Source: a virus (Duplodnaviria > Caudoviricetes). From it: a stretch of 64,000 bases of DNA. The notes under the pieces were generated by a model. The model had not been told where the DNA came from, made no database searches, and saw nothing but the letters and a program-made list of their open reading frames with translations. The stretch lies in the IMG/VR virus record IMGVR_UViG_2636415918_000004, positions 5,442 to 69,441 of that record; one strand, given 5' to 3'. The translations under genes were made by a program, and so were the position numbers. Each line of letters begins with the position of its first letter. Within the stretch, counting starts at the first letter, position 1. Below, one piece after another: positions 29,761-38,763 of this stretch.

Positions 29761-29802
29761 ATGTTATGACCTAATAGTGTGTATTCTGCTTCCATGTTCC
29801 AA
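29761..29802 (-). promoter_or_regulatory. Putative late promoter TTGGAAC-N29-TAACAT (terminase paralog)
   Basis: gttccaa at 29796-29802, atgtta at 29761-29766, imperfect hairpin cataattcaa/ttgaatgttatg. Confidence 0.75.
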
Positions 29803-29808
29803 TCATGA

Positions 29809-31797
29809 CTAATCAAGTGTTTTAGCAGCTTCTTTTAACTGATCAAACCTAGATTTACGCTCTGCACGTTCCTGTGCTTCAGGACTATCATCTGCAATGA
29901 CGACATTCTCATATGCTTCTGTATAGAACACATTTTCTAAAAATAAGAATGCAAAAACGTCACCTAAATCGGGGGACTTAATCCCTTGGCGTTTCATCTC
30001 ATCTTTGCTCAAAATTTTGTATCGGCTATGCTCATCAAATGTGTATGGTATCTTGATTATTTGATCTTGAATTTTGACTAAATACTTCTTAGTTTTAACT
30101 TTGAAACGGCCAGATTCAATTGCTCGTTTTAAACAGACGTAAGCCAAGGCACGTTTATTCACATACTCTTTTCGATTGTCATTATTGAAGCAAGCACCGC
30201 CCCAATATACAGGCATGTACCAAATACCATGCTTCTTAAGCAGTTGTCCTAAACCTTTACCAGCGCCATTATCATCAACAACTAAAGTTGCATTCGGATA
30301 TTTCAGAATACATTCATTAATTTTGGCAAAAAGTTCTGTGATGTCATCTTTATTCTTACAAAGTGGAATATCTACAACTTCAACACGGCGCGCTCGATCT
30401 CCCCATTGAGACTCACCCCAAACTTTAGACACGGCAATAACAGAATCATCTCGACCAACACCACCGCCCACATCGACCGTAATCACGTAACCAAAAATGT
30501 GTTCTTCGAAAATCGATGCACCGACATACATTTCTTCGGCTTGTCGTTTTGTAATCAGGAATTCATCAGCACGGTCTGGGAATTGTCCTAAAACACGGAT
30601 TTGATATTGTGGATCATCACGACTACCATATTTTTGACGTTGTTCTTCTAATGATTGCTTACTTACGAGTGGCGATTCTTCACCATTGAATGTTAGAGCT
30701 ATCCAAATGCCACCTGCTCTATGGCTTAATTTATGATGAGTCTCATAGAATAAACCTGCGTTACGTGTCGGCTGTGAAGTTAAAACAGCTCTGTTATCCT
30801 CATGCGTCAATGCGCCAAGGACAACATCCATAACCTCATCAGGAATACCACTTGCCTCCTCACCCCAAAGTAAGTAGTTATCTGCATGGTTCCCTGCCAA
30901 GTTTGTTGGCTGGTGCTTTGGTGCAGTTTTAGCAAAGACATACCACTTTTCTTTATAGCCTTTGATATAGACTAATTCAGACTGATAACCGACATAATCT
31001 GCAAGCCAACCAAGTGGACCAGCCTTAAGCCGTGACAGGTTAATACTGATTTCTTTCCAGACTTGTTTCTTTAACTGTCCGATTTGCGGAGCAGTAAACA
31101 TCGTAATGGATTCATCAAAAAACAATAAATGCCACAGAGCAACGATACCAGCCGATGCAGTCTTACCCGTGTTATGGTGAACCATGCCATCAGCGGTTAG
31201 GAAAGTTGCATCACCATCGAGGACAAAGCCGTAATAGTCACCCTCACCCAAGGCTGTGACATTATTAATTTTTACAGGCTGGAATTTTCTATGTTTTAGT
31301 TCGTATGCAGCAAATTGGCGCTTTGTTTCTTCAGGCCATTCAAGGTATTTCGATACCAGGACTTCAATGGTATCGCCTGCTTTCCAACCGTTTTTTGTTT
31401 CGAGTGAGACTAAACAAAGAATATGAGATTTGTTATAGACATGCTTTGAACCATTTTCATATTCAAATTGATAAAGCTCTTGGTATCCCTGAACAACTTT
31501 AATGACCTCCCGTGGTGAGAAGCCATCCGTGCCCATAACCGCATCATTTATTGTTATTTTTTCGACACGTTTCGACTTACCATTGGCTAAACGTATTTTT
31601 GTGCCTTTACCGAAGCAACCATGGCCTGATGCAACCGATGTACGGCTACCATCAAACTGGATTGATTCAAATAGAAGTTCTTGCTGCCAAGTCGGTGTAA
31701 CACCTAAAGCCTCTACTGCAAAGGCATAAATGTCATAACGATAACGTGCACAGAGTTCCCACCATTCTGGGATGTCTTTAAGTGGTTTTAGAGCCAT
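29809..31797 (-). CDS. pacB: Terminase large subunit (P1 PacB-like) containing an intein
   Basis: Walker A SGHG/TGKT (interrupted), Walker B-like LLWGEEASG, SQPTR, nuclease motifs TVDVGGG and KSPDLGD. Confidence 0.9.
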   Translation of the reverse strand: MALKPLKDIPEWWELCARYRYDIYAFAVEALGVTPTWQQELLFESIQFDGSRTSVASGHGCFGKGTKIRLANGKSKRVEKITINDAVMGTDGFSPREVIKVVQGYQELYQFEYENGSKHVYNKSHILCLVSLETKNGWKAGDTIEVLVSKYLEWPEETKRQFAAYELKHRKFQPVKINNVTALGEGDYYGFVLDGDATFLTADGMVHHNTGKTASAGIVALWHLLFFDESITMFTAPQIGQLKKQVWKEISINLSRLKAGPLGWLADYVGYQSELVYIKGYKEKWYVFAKTAPKHQPTNLAGNHADNYLLWGEEASGIPDEVMDVVLGALTHEDNRAVLTSQPTRNAGLFYETHHKLSHRAGGIWIALTFNGEESPLVSKQSLEEQRQKYGSRDDPQYQIRVLGQFPDRADEFLITKRQAEEMYVGASIFEEHIFGYVITVDVGGGVGRDDSVIAVSKVWGESQWGDRARRVEVVDIPLCKNKDDITELFAKINECILKYPNATLVVDDNGAGKGLGQLLKKHGIWYMPVYWGGACFNNDNRKEYVNKRALAYVCLKRAIESGRFKVKTKKYLVKIQDQIIKIPYTFDEHSRYKILSKDEMKRQGIKSPDLGDVFAFLFLENVFYTEAYENVVIADDSPEAQERAERKSRFDQLKEAAKTLD
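31171..31617 (-). mobile_element. Mini-intein (149 aa, Hint domain only) in the terminase Walker A motif
   Basis: Starts CFGKGTKIRLANG, has NKSHIL block B, ends YYGFVLDGDATFLTADGMVHHN, followed by Thr; no homing endonuclease. Confidence 0.92.
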
Positions 31798-31808
31798 ACA
31801 TCACCGCT

Positions 31809-32318
31809 TTAAATACTAAACGGCAACATGGTTCTATCGATGTATTCTTCTTTGACTTCCTCTTTTGATGTGACTGCATGAGAAATAGCGATTTTATGAC
31901 TTGCCCAAATAGAAATTAATGCTGCGATATGGCCGTTATCTAATGAACTGCTATCAAACTCTTGCTGTGGTCCGTTTTTATCAATCTTTCGGACTTGCAA
32001 AATGTTCATTGGGTTGTAACGTTCTAAAGACTTTTCAAACTCAACCAAACCAGCTCTAAAGCTTGCTTGATAGACCTTGATCACTTCTTCTAAATGCTGC
32101 TGTGCATCAAATTTTAATTGCCAATTTTGTATTAAATTCGGCGAATCCGTCACTACAATCGTGTCGGCTTGCTGATCTGGACGCACAGGTAAAGCCGTGA
32201 AAATCTCTGTTTTTTGGACAAGGATTTGACCAGAATCCGCAAAACAAAGGCTGATTAACCGTATTTCATCATTAGAAAATCCAGTTACACGCGCATCAAT
32301 CTTAATAATTTCAGTCAT
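31809..32318 (-). CDS. Conserved P1-like morphogenesis protein
   Basis: Start taken at MTEII (32318), coupled to the upstream stop; LDNGHIAAL motif. Confidence 0.55.
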   Translation of the reverse strand: MTEIIKIDARVTGFSNDEIRLISLCFADSGQILVQKTEIFTALPVRPDQQADTIVVTDSPNLIQNWQLKFDAQQHLEEVIKVYQASFRAGLVEFEKSLERYNPMNILQVRKIDKNGPQQEFDSSSLDNGHIAALISIWASHKIAISHAVTSKEEVKEEYIDRTMLPFSI

Positions 32319-33117
32319 CGATACGCTCCACAGTAATATCACCTGTCTCACGATCTGCCAAAACACGGGTATGGCCATCACTTGAGAATTGATCAGCCTG
32401 AATGACAACTAGATCCTGAATTGGCTTATCAACTACTGAACCGTCCGGATTGTAGCCGTTGTCAGTCGTATTATCGTTAGGACCACCAAGTCCAATAATT
32501 TGTGGTGCATAGCCAACTAATTGAGCATCAATAGTAAAGATAGACAGGTTAATTGCTTCACTTGGTACAGGCGAAGGAAACAATTGATTCTCAACAATCG
32601 TAAATGTACTTTTTTCAATATGATTCATGCCCATATCAAAAGGCACTTGGAAACGGCGTTTACCCTCATCTTGGACATAAGTACAAAACTGGTCGCATAC
32701 TGAACGAGCATCGTGTGCATTGGTTGCGTAGAAAGCTAATTGCGCTCTAACTGTTTTAGCGATTAGTCGGATTTTTACTTGCTTATCGCCTATCACAATA
32801 GGCACAAAATAAGGCATCGGTAAAAGCTGCATCGTATCAGGCGGTTGATCTAACATCGCTGTAGCAGTCAACATGATTGGCATGAATGCCGTTGCACCAC
32901 CTGCAACTTCTGCATTTTGGCTTTTGCGATATTCTGCAAGCATTGCTTCTGAGTCATCCATCATTCTGCTAGGACATGACTTAATCGCTATTTTAATATC
33001 TCGCTTTTTCCATTCTTCTGTCTGAATGGTTTCAGGCATATACCATGCCCGAAAATCGACTAGGAGTTTGTACCAAGCATCCTGAATGCATTTAAGCGAA
33101 TCTTTAGGTAAAGACAT
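32311..33117 (-). CDS. Tail completion/terminator-like structural protein
   Basis: Context in the protease-terminase operon; function weakly supported. Confidence 0.4.
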   Translation of the reverse strand: MSLPKDSLKCIQDAWYKLLVDFRAWYMPETIQTEEWKKRDIKIAIKSCPSRMMDDSEAMLAEYRKSQNAEVAGGATAFMPIMLTATAMLDQPPDTMQLLPMPYFVPIVIGDKQVKIRLIAKTVRAQLAFYATNAHDARSVCDQFCTYVQDEGKRRFQVPFDMGMNHIEKSTFTIVENQLFPSPVPSEAINLSIFTIDAQLVGYAPQIIGLGGPNDNTTDNGYNPDGSVVDKPIQDLVVIQADQFSSDGHTRVLADRETGDITVERIDD

Positions 33118-33123
33118 AAGTGT

Positions 33124-34047
33124 TTACCCTCCAAATCCAAACATGCTCTTAAAAATGCGTGGTTTTGCTTTGTTATTTTTGGGTGTTTCACCGCTGATTC
33201 GCATCCGCGCTAAATCACTTGCTGTAAGACGTTCTTCAGCTTCAGCGCAAACAGAATCAAATGATCGTACCTCACCAACTAAGCCAGAACATAAATCTTG
33301 TTTACGTTGATCTTGAATCGCTTGTCGTTTCTCTTTACGTGCTATTTGACCAGCTAATTCATTAATTTGGTCTAATGCTTGACCATTCATCTGTAAAAGC
33401 TGTAGTTGAGCATGAATATTGTCAAAGTCACGTACAATTTGCTGTTCTAGTAAATGAGCAATCATTGCCTCTGACGGCGAAAGTAAATTAACGTCCGTGG
33501 TGCTATCAAACGCTGCAATTAATCCATCCTGCTCAACTGGAATGGCTAAGCCATCAAATAATTGACCATCACCCACATTGGTTGTGTAGTTCGGCTGTGT
33601 CACATAATCAAAGCCATAAAACCCCACAGGAATTAGACCTAATCCAGCACGTTTATAGTTCTGTGCTGAACTAAATCCACCTACACGAGCCAGATATTGC
33701 TTACGTGCATATTCACCCGATTCGTTATCTAAGAACTCAGTGACATGGGTAACATTGCCTTCTTTATCAGCATGAGCTTCGATTGTTCTAAATGAGCGTT
33801 CTAAATAAACCACCTTGCCATCAATAATGACTGAATCAGGTGGATTCATCCCATAACGCTTACGGATTTCATGACCGTTATAGCCGTATAAAGTCCCTGT
33901 TTTAACCATTTCTTGTACTTGTGGACTATTGATCTGTCTGATCATTTCATTCATATCAACATTGCTGCGGTCCTTCCCTAAATGACTGCGACCACGTTCA
34001 TGAAGATTGTATGTAATCCTTTTCGTTTTTCGACCTGTTTCAGACAT
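33124..34047 (-). CDS. Prohead (head-processing) protease, P1 Pro-like
   Basis: YNLHERGR, YGYNGH, GGFSSA (catalytic Ser-like) and FYGFDYVTQPNY. Confidence 0.75.
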   Translation of the reverse strand: MSETGRKTKRITYNLHERGRSHLGKDRSNVDMNEMIRQINSPQVQEMVKTGTLYGYNGHEIRKRYGMNPPDSVIIDGKVVYLERSFRTIEAHADKEGNVTHVTEFLDNESGEYARKQYLARVGGFSSAQNYKRAGLGLIPVGFYGFDYVTQPNYTTNVGDGQLFDGLAIPVEQDGLIAAFDSTTDVNLLSPSEAMIAHLLEQQIVRDFDNIHAQLQLLQMNGQALDQINELAGQIARKEKRQAIQDQRKQDLCSGLVGEVRSFDSVCAEAEERLTASDLARMRISGETPKNNKAKPRIFKSMFGFGG

Positions 34048-34079
34048 GAAAAAGCCCCAATAGATTATGTATTAGGGCC

Positions 34080-34121
34080 ATTTTTGCAGTCTGGTTAAGG
34101 CTAAATTTTGTTGTGTTCCAA
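34080..34121 (-). promoter_or_regulatory. Putative late promoter TTGGAAC-N29-AAAAAT (protease-terminase operon)
   Basis: gttccaa at 34115-34121, attttt at 34080-34085, hairpin gccccaata/tattagggc. Confidence 0.75.
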
Positions 34122-34355
34122 CACTAAAAGCTTTTCAATATCTGCGGTTTTAATTGTCATATTTAAAGAATGACCACTTTTGAGTCCAATCATTACACTG
34201 GAATATTCACTTTTCCCATATGTATAACCACCACGGCCAAAATCTGAGTCTGAAACTTCGATTGAATTAATTTCCGCTAAATCTACATATTGATAGGTTT
34301 GGTGTTTACTACAGTATATTTTAGTCAGCTTTGGTTTTAATAATTCCACTCTCAT
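34101..34355 (-). CDS. Hypothetical protein
   Basis: ORF in a run of small coupled genes. Confidence 0.5.
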   Translation of the reverse strand: MRVELLKPKLTKIYCSKHQTYQYVDLAEINSIEVSDSDFGRGGYTYGKSEYSSVMIGLKSGHSLNMTIKTADIEKLLVLEHNKI

Positions 34356-34587
34356 ACCTCACTTGAATGATAGGCAATTCACTAGAAGGATAAATCTTCA
34401 CAGGTTCCATATTTTTAAGTGCTTCTGCCAGTAAAGGTTTAAACTCTTTGGTTATTTCCTCATCAATTACTATTTCTTCAATGTCCAAATAATTTTGAAC
34501 TTGATATGAAGCAATAATGGCAACGATCCAAATGCTACAAGTTGCTATAAACACAAGACCTAATAAAAATGAAACTATCCAACTCAT
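34321..34587 (-). CDS. Small membrane-anchored protein
   Basis: Hydrophobic N-terminal helix; RBS aagg before ATG. Confidence 0.55.
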   Translation of the reverse strand: MSWIVSFLLGLVFIATCSIWIVAIIASYQVQNYLDIEEIVIDEEITKEFKPLLAEALKNMEPVKIYPSSELPIIQVRYESGIIKTKAD

Positions 34588-34599
34588 CCTTATACCCCT

Positions 34600-34800
34600 T
34601 TATTTATGCCCCTTACGGCGTGCATTCATACGGCGTTTCTTTTGACTAACTTTGTTCGGCTTTTTATCAACTTTGGTTGGTGTAAATTCTGGAATTGAGT
34701 ATTTACTATGTGATCTTGGTACAGAACCCACAACCCCTGCACTAGTACCACTTAACATCACACCCAACGCACTCATCAAAGCAATACGACTTAAACGCAT
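34600..34800 (-). CDS. Small protein with a hydrophobic N-terminus and basic tail
   Basis: gagga RBS before MRLSR (34800). Confidence 0.55.
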   Translation of the reverse strand: MRLSRIALMSALGVMLSGTSAGVVGSVPRSHSKYSIPEFTPTKVDKKPNKVSQKKRRMNARRKGHK

Positions 34801-34818
34801 TTCAACATCCTCAGTAAG

Positions 34819-34850
34819 AAAAAAAGCCCTAAGCAAATTTGCAAAGGGCT
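34819..34850 (-). terminator. Probable terminator after the Tad1-like gene
   Basis: aaaaaagccct...agggct. Confidence 0.55.
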
Positions 34851-34862
34851 GAGTTAAAACGA

Positions 34863-35318
34863 TTATTCGACTGGTTGTCCTTCAACACCACGCGCTTGAC
34901 GTTCCGCTGTGCGTGCATCAAATTCAGCTAAAGCAGTTTGCATAGCAGCAATAGCTTTTTTGTTCTGGTCTGATGGGAATTTACTGTCTAGGTATTGAGT
35001 ACGATGAATCAGGATCTTTAATAACGATTCATTGGTCGCGCCATTCACACCATCAACAAATGTTGGACCATCTTGGAAATGGAGATGAATATCAAAAGGT
35101 TCGTTATAGTCAGTAGAGCTCGGATCGGCTGAAATTTTGTAATAGGTTGCTGGTTTATAGGCTGTTACGCCTTCTACCGTTTGACCAGCCATTAATTTTT
35201 CAAATTCTTCGTCGCCAATATCTTTTTTTGCGAAACCTAAGAATTGCTCCACAAGAAGATCACCATCACTACCCACATCGGTTGTTAGTGCAATTTCTTC
35301 ATTATTGTCTTGAGTCAT
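34863..35318 (-). CDS. tad1: Tad1-like (Thoeris anti-defence) signal-sponge protein
   Basis: HFQDGP...GVNGATNESLL...R...FPSDQN..AI...AL....RT.ER.ARGVEG follows the Tad1 family pattern. Confidence 0.75.
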   Translation of the reverse strand: MTQDNNEEIALTTDVGSDGDLLVEQFLGFAKKDIGDEEFEKLMAGQTVEGVTAYKPATYYKISADPSSTDYNEPFDIHLHFQDGPTFVDGVNGATNESLLKILIHRTQYLDSKFPSDQNKKAIAAMQTALAEFDARTAERQARGVEGQPVE

Positions 35319-35408
35319 GTATAAATCCTAACAATGGTTTATGTTGTTTCATCAAACAGATACATAAAACCATTGTTAGGTGAACTTCATTTTCTTGAGT
35401 TCCAATTA

Positions 35409-36548
35409 TCAAACGAGTATCAAACTACCTTCGAGCGTCGAGCTGTGATAAGTCAATCGCCCTACTTCTACACCATCATTATTTGAGTTCTGTTGATGCT
35501 GAACATTCGCATTCAAACTCATACTTTGAACTGAATTCCCCCCAACATTTACAAAATCATAGCCATTCGGTTGCATGGTACCGCCTTTATAGGATTCAAA
35601 CTGAATACTGAAATTGCCTGTATTCTTTTGTGAGTACCAGTACGCTCTTAAAGAGATTTCAAAGTTATTCTGGTTAGAGAAATCTTGTTTAAGCTGCTTT
35701 AGATTCAGCAAAACACTTTCAACACCACTTCCCGTATTGTCTCCATTCCAAAATAAATACGCGCCATCTGAAACTGCTCTACTCCAACCCACGTCAATGT
35801 TTCGGGATGGATTAATGATTCGCGTCCGAGTATCTAAATCGATACCACCATTGCCATCCCAGATATAGCGTATGACTGCAAAATCAAAGTCCTGAATCGT
35901 GTTTTGATTCACAGGTAAATTATTGGTTATCCCATTACTTTCATCAAAGATTAGATAATTTTTAGCGATTACTGCTGCACCAAGCTCAGTATCACCTAGT
36001 TCTGTATCTAAAGCTTTGGCATGTACTTTTACCACGATATTGGCTGGTACTAATTTTCTAAGAATTGGAGATAGCTCAATTAATTCTGCTAAATCTACGG
36101 ATTCATCAATCGAAATACGGATTCGACTCGTTAGAAAATGATTTGGCTTTTCTTCGTCAACCAAATATAACGGGTAACTTGTATAAGTGCTGATTGGATG
36201 CCACATCCGTTTAATTTGCCACTGATCAGTCCATAGCATACGCAATACAAACTCAAGAAATCCTAAGCCTCGTTTATTTGCCATGCTTGACCAATTTGCA
36301 TAGATTACGCGCATCAAGGTATCTGAGGTCTGCGGACGGCGTAGAACCACTAACCCATCTTGTTTTGTAAAGCGTTCGACTACGGTTCGGCTACCTAAGT
36401 GCGGTGCGCCATAATCTAAAATATCTTGAATCCGCTGTTGAAATACATCTGCAAAGACTTGTTTAAAAGCCTTTGCCATTGCCGTTTCTAAGCCTATGTG
36501 GTTGTTCGGTTGCTCATCTATTGGACGAGTAAAACTTATAGGTTCCAT
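35409..36548 (-). CDS. Baseplate wedge protein (P1 gp16-like) with an added C-terminal beta domain
   Basis: KRGLGFLEFVL, FLTSRIRI and LVPANIV wedge motifs; extra WDGNGGIDLDT...GDNTGSGVE domain. Confidence 0.65.
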   Translation of the reverse strand: MEPISFTRPIDEQPNNHIGLETAMAKAFKQVFADVFQQRIQDILDYGAPHLGSRTVVERFTKQDGLVVLRRPQTSDTLMRVIYANWSSMANKRGLGFLEFVLRMLWTDQWQIKRMWHPISTYTSYPLYLVDEEKPNHFLTSRIRISIDESVDLAELIELSPILRKLVPANIVVKVHAKALDTELGDTELGAAVIAKNYLIFDESNGITNNLPVNQNTIQDFDFAVIRYIWDGNGGIDLDTRTRIINPSRNIDVGWSRAVSDGAYLFWNGDNTGSGVESVLLNLKQLKQDFSNQNNFEISLRAYWYSQKNTGNFSIQFESYKGGTMQPNGYDFVNVGGNSVQSMSLNANVQHQQNSNNDGVEVGRLTYHSSTLEGSLILV

Positions 36549-37993
36549 GCAACCCCCATTTCAGCGGACCGTTCTAAAATGATCGTGATGCTATTTGCTG
36601 ACATATAAACCCATTCATGTGGTTTATTCAGCTCATTGGGAACCATCAACGAAAAGTCACTAATGTTGTCCTGAAAGGCTGTAATTTTATTGCGTACCTG
36701 TGTTGAGATTTCCTGTGAATTAAACCCTGTGACTAACCACCGGCTTGAACTCAGCTGTGTCTGTCCATATCGTTCCAAAAACAACTCTTTGATTTGTGCT
36801 TTTACAACATCCACGGCATGTACCGCTGCTAAGCTCCCTTTAAAAGTCACCACAAAAGGTTTTTCAACAACAGCGTGTACACGTACCCGATCTTTGTACA
36901 GGTTATCGATTTGCCCAATGTATTGAATGATTTCTTGTTCTAAGCTTGCTTGCTCAGCAATATCCTTTGCAACTACGGCAATATGTAAATGATTTATATC
37001 CTGGTATGTTGCCCCATAGTACCGATCTTGTTCGTTCTCATTCCATACCGCAATATAGTGACAACGAGCCATAAACTTTTTTCTTACAGCTTGATCAAAA
37101 TTACCTAAAAATACGGCATCTTCATCATAAAGTGCTGGATAGGTTGAAAGCACTTTTAACTGTGAAATATTTAAAGGATCTGCACCCTTTCGAACAACAC
37201 CGCCTTGCTTAAAACGTACTGACACTTTGGTTTCATCCGTAGTTAAAACCTCAGCTAATGACGCATCTTTTAATCTTGAAACGTCTACATCTCCATAAGT
37301 CTCAAGGATGCCAAAAGTAAAAGTCTGGTTTGCTGCAGCTGTTCGCCCTGCTCTATCATCATCACCAAATTCGACAAAGATACGACGTAGGCTGTCCGTT
37401 GTAAGATTAAATGCATAATCTAAAGGCGCGACATTCATCCAGCGTTTTTTTAACTGATAACTCTGATTAGTATTATCTCGAACTGTTAATCCAGCTAAAG
37501 CCAAATCATCTTGTAGTTTTAGCTCATAACGATGAAAACTTTCAGAATTGGATATCGTATATTGAATTTCTCTATATTCACTTTGTTCTACTAAAACTTC
37601 ACCTGTAGAACCTGCTGAAACAGTGACAGATTGCAATAACCGCCAATATCGCCCACCACTATTGTCCTCAATTAATCGTCCTTGGCTCAGCGTAATACTA
37701 TTTGCAGATCGGTTAATGACCTCCAAAATATGCTGTGTTGGCATCCCAATAGGGAGAATACCCTTGTTTGATGCATCGGCTAGGATGGAACGATCTCGTG
37801 TTTTTTTGAATGGTTCAAGTTCAGAAATTTCAAATTCTTGACCGAATAATGCAAGATATGCACCCAATGAGCGTAAGAACTTTAAGACGATTGGATCTTG
37901 TGCGTTATAACGTTCCAGTATTTCAAAATCATCTATATTGGCAATCAATCGTGCTTCAAAATCAGCTTGCGTCAACATCGAAGGTTTCTCCAT
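36536..37993 (-). CDS. Baseplate protein (P1 BplA/J-like)
   Basis: RSILADA, VEFGDDDRAG, GADPL and IAVWNE motifs; position between the gp25-like and wedge genes. Confidence 0.75.
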   Translation of the reverse strand: MEKPSMLTQADFEARLIANIDDFEILERYNAQDPIVLKFLRSLGAYLALFGQEFEISELEPFKKTRDRSILADASNKGILPIGMPTQHILEVINRSANSITLSQGRLIEDNSGGRYWRLLQSVTVSAGSTGEVLVEQSEYREIQYTISNSESFHRYELKLQDDLALAGLTVRDNTNQSYQLKKRWMNVAPLDYAFNLTTDSLRRIFVEFGDDDRAGRTAAANQTFTFGILETYGDVDVSRLKDASLAEVLTTDETKVSVRFKQGGVVRKGADPLNISQLKVLSTYPALYDEDAVFLGNFDQAVRKKFMARCHYIAVWNENEQDRYYGATYQDINHLHIAVVAKDIAEQASLEQEIIQYIGQIDNLYKDRVRVHAVVEKPFVVTFKGSLAAVHAVDVVKAQIKELFLERYGQTQLSSSRWLVTGFNSQEISTQVRNKITAFQDNISDFSLMVPNELNKPHEWVYMSANSITIILERSAEMGVAWNL

Positions 37994-38300
37994 TTCGCGC
38001 TAATTGCTTCTCGCGCACTTCATTTAAATTAATTACGATCTGTTGACCAATTCTTAAGTAGATAATTTTGGTCTCAAAACCTTCGTCTTGTGCCCACATC
38101 TGAAATTGATCAGCGCTTAACTGTTTTAGGATTGGAATATCGCTTTTCATTTTTTGAATAAAGGTATTGGCAACTGGTGCGCTTAGTGGTGCTAAAAATA
38201 AGCTATTAAAATCTGGGCCATAATCTGAACCAATATATCCATTGATCTCTGACTCTAACCAATGCGCGATCATTGCTAAGATTTTGTTGTAATCGATCAT
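37962..38300 (-). CDS. Baseplate wedge/sheath initiator (P1 PmgA, T4 gp25-like)
   Basis: HWL...NGYIGSDYG...KMKSDIPIL. Confidence 0.65.
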   Translation of the reverse strand: MIDYNKILAMIAHWLESEINGYIGSDYGPDFNSLFLAPLSAPVANTFIQKMKSDIPILKQLSADQFQMWAQDEGFETKIIYLRIGQQIVINLNEVREKQLARNGETFDVDAS

Positions 38301-38662
38301 AAGCCTGCCCTATGTGCTGTCATGAGCAGAATTTTACAAAAGGAATAAATCGATAAAATTCCAAAGCCATAAATTAAAAAAGCACTCAGAAAGATATAGA
38401 GTCCAAAACCACTCACATCCAAGAATGAAAGCAATTCATAACATCGCCATGTAATCAGGCAAGAGATGCTTAAAATGAGAAATGACAATGCATAGATCAA
38501 TCGTTTTACTTTCTTGAATATAACATCAGCTACACCTTTGTTTAATAAGGCTGATAAAGCTGCTGACATTGATTTAATGCTGCCAAATGCAAGACAAACA
38601 TGCACAACAAAGCAAGCAATTATAAAAATATCAATGATGACAGATTGAAAGTTGAGATACAT
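38297..38662 (-). CDS. Three-helix membrane protein (possible holin or entry-related protein)
   Basis: Three hydrophobic segments; GGAG RBS before ATG 38662; late motif upstream. Confidence 0.5.
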   Translation of the reverse strand: MYLNFQSVIIDIFIIACFVVHVCLAFGSIKSMSAALSALLNKGVADVIFKKVKRLIYALSFLILSISCLITWRCYELLSFLDVSGFGLYIFLSAFLIYGFGILSIYSFCKILLMTAHRAGL

Positions 38663-38686
38663 GGCTGACTCCAAAGCTTTATGTTT

Positions 38687-38728
38687 AGGTTATTGCTTCA
38701 GAGCTACTATTTTTTATTCTTGTTCCAA
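38687..38728 (-). promoter_or_regulatory. Putative late promoter TTGGAAC-N29-TAACCT (baseplate operon)
   Basis: gttccaa at 38722-38728, aggtta at 38687-38692. Confidence 0.6.
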
Positions 38729-38729
38729 T

Positions 38730-38757
38730 AAAAAAGACTACCGAAGTAGCCTTTTTT
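38730..38757. terminator. Rho-independent terminator after the hdf-like gene
   Basis: aaaaaagactac-cgaa-gtagcctttttt. Confidence 0.7.
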
Positions 38758-38763
38758 ATGATT

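Noticed and set aside
38297-38662. Complete lysis cassette
   Set aside because: No endolysin or spanin recognised nearby; holin call left tentative
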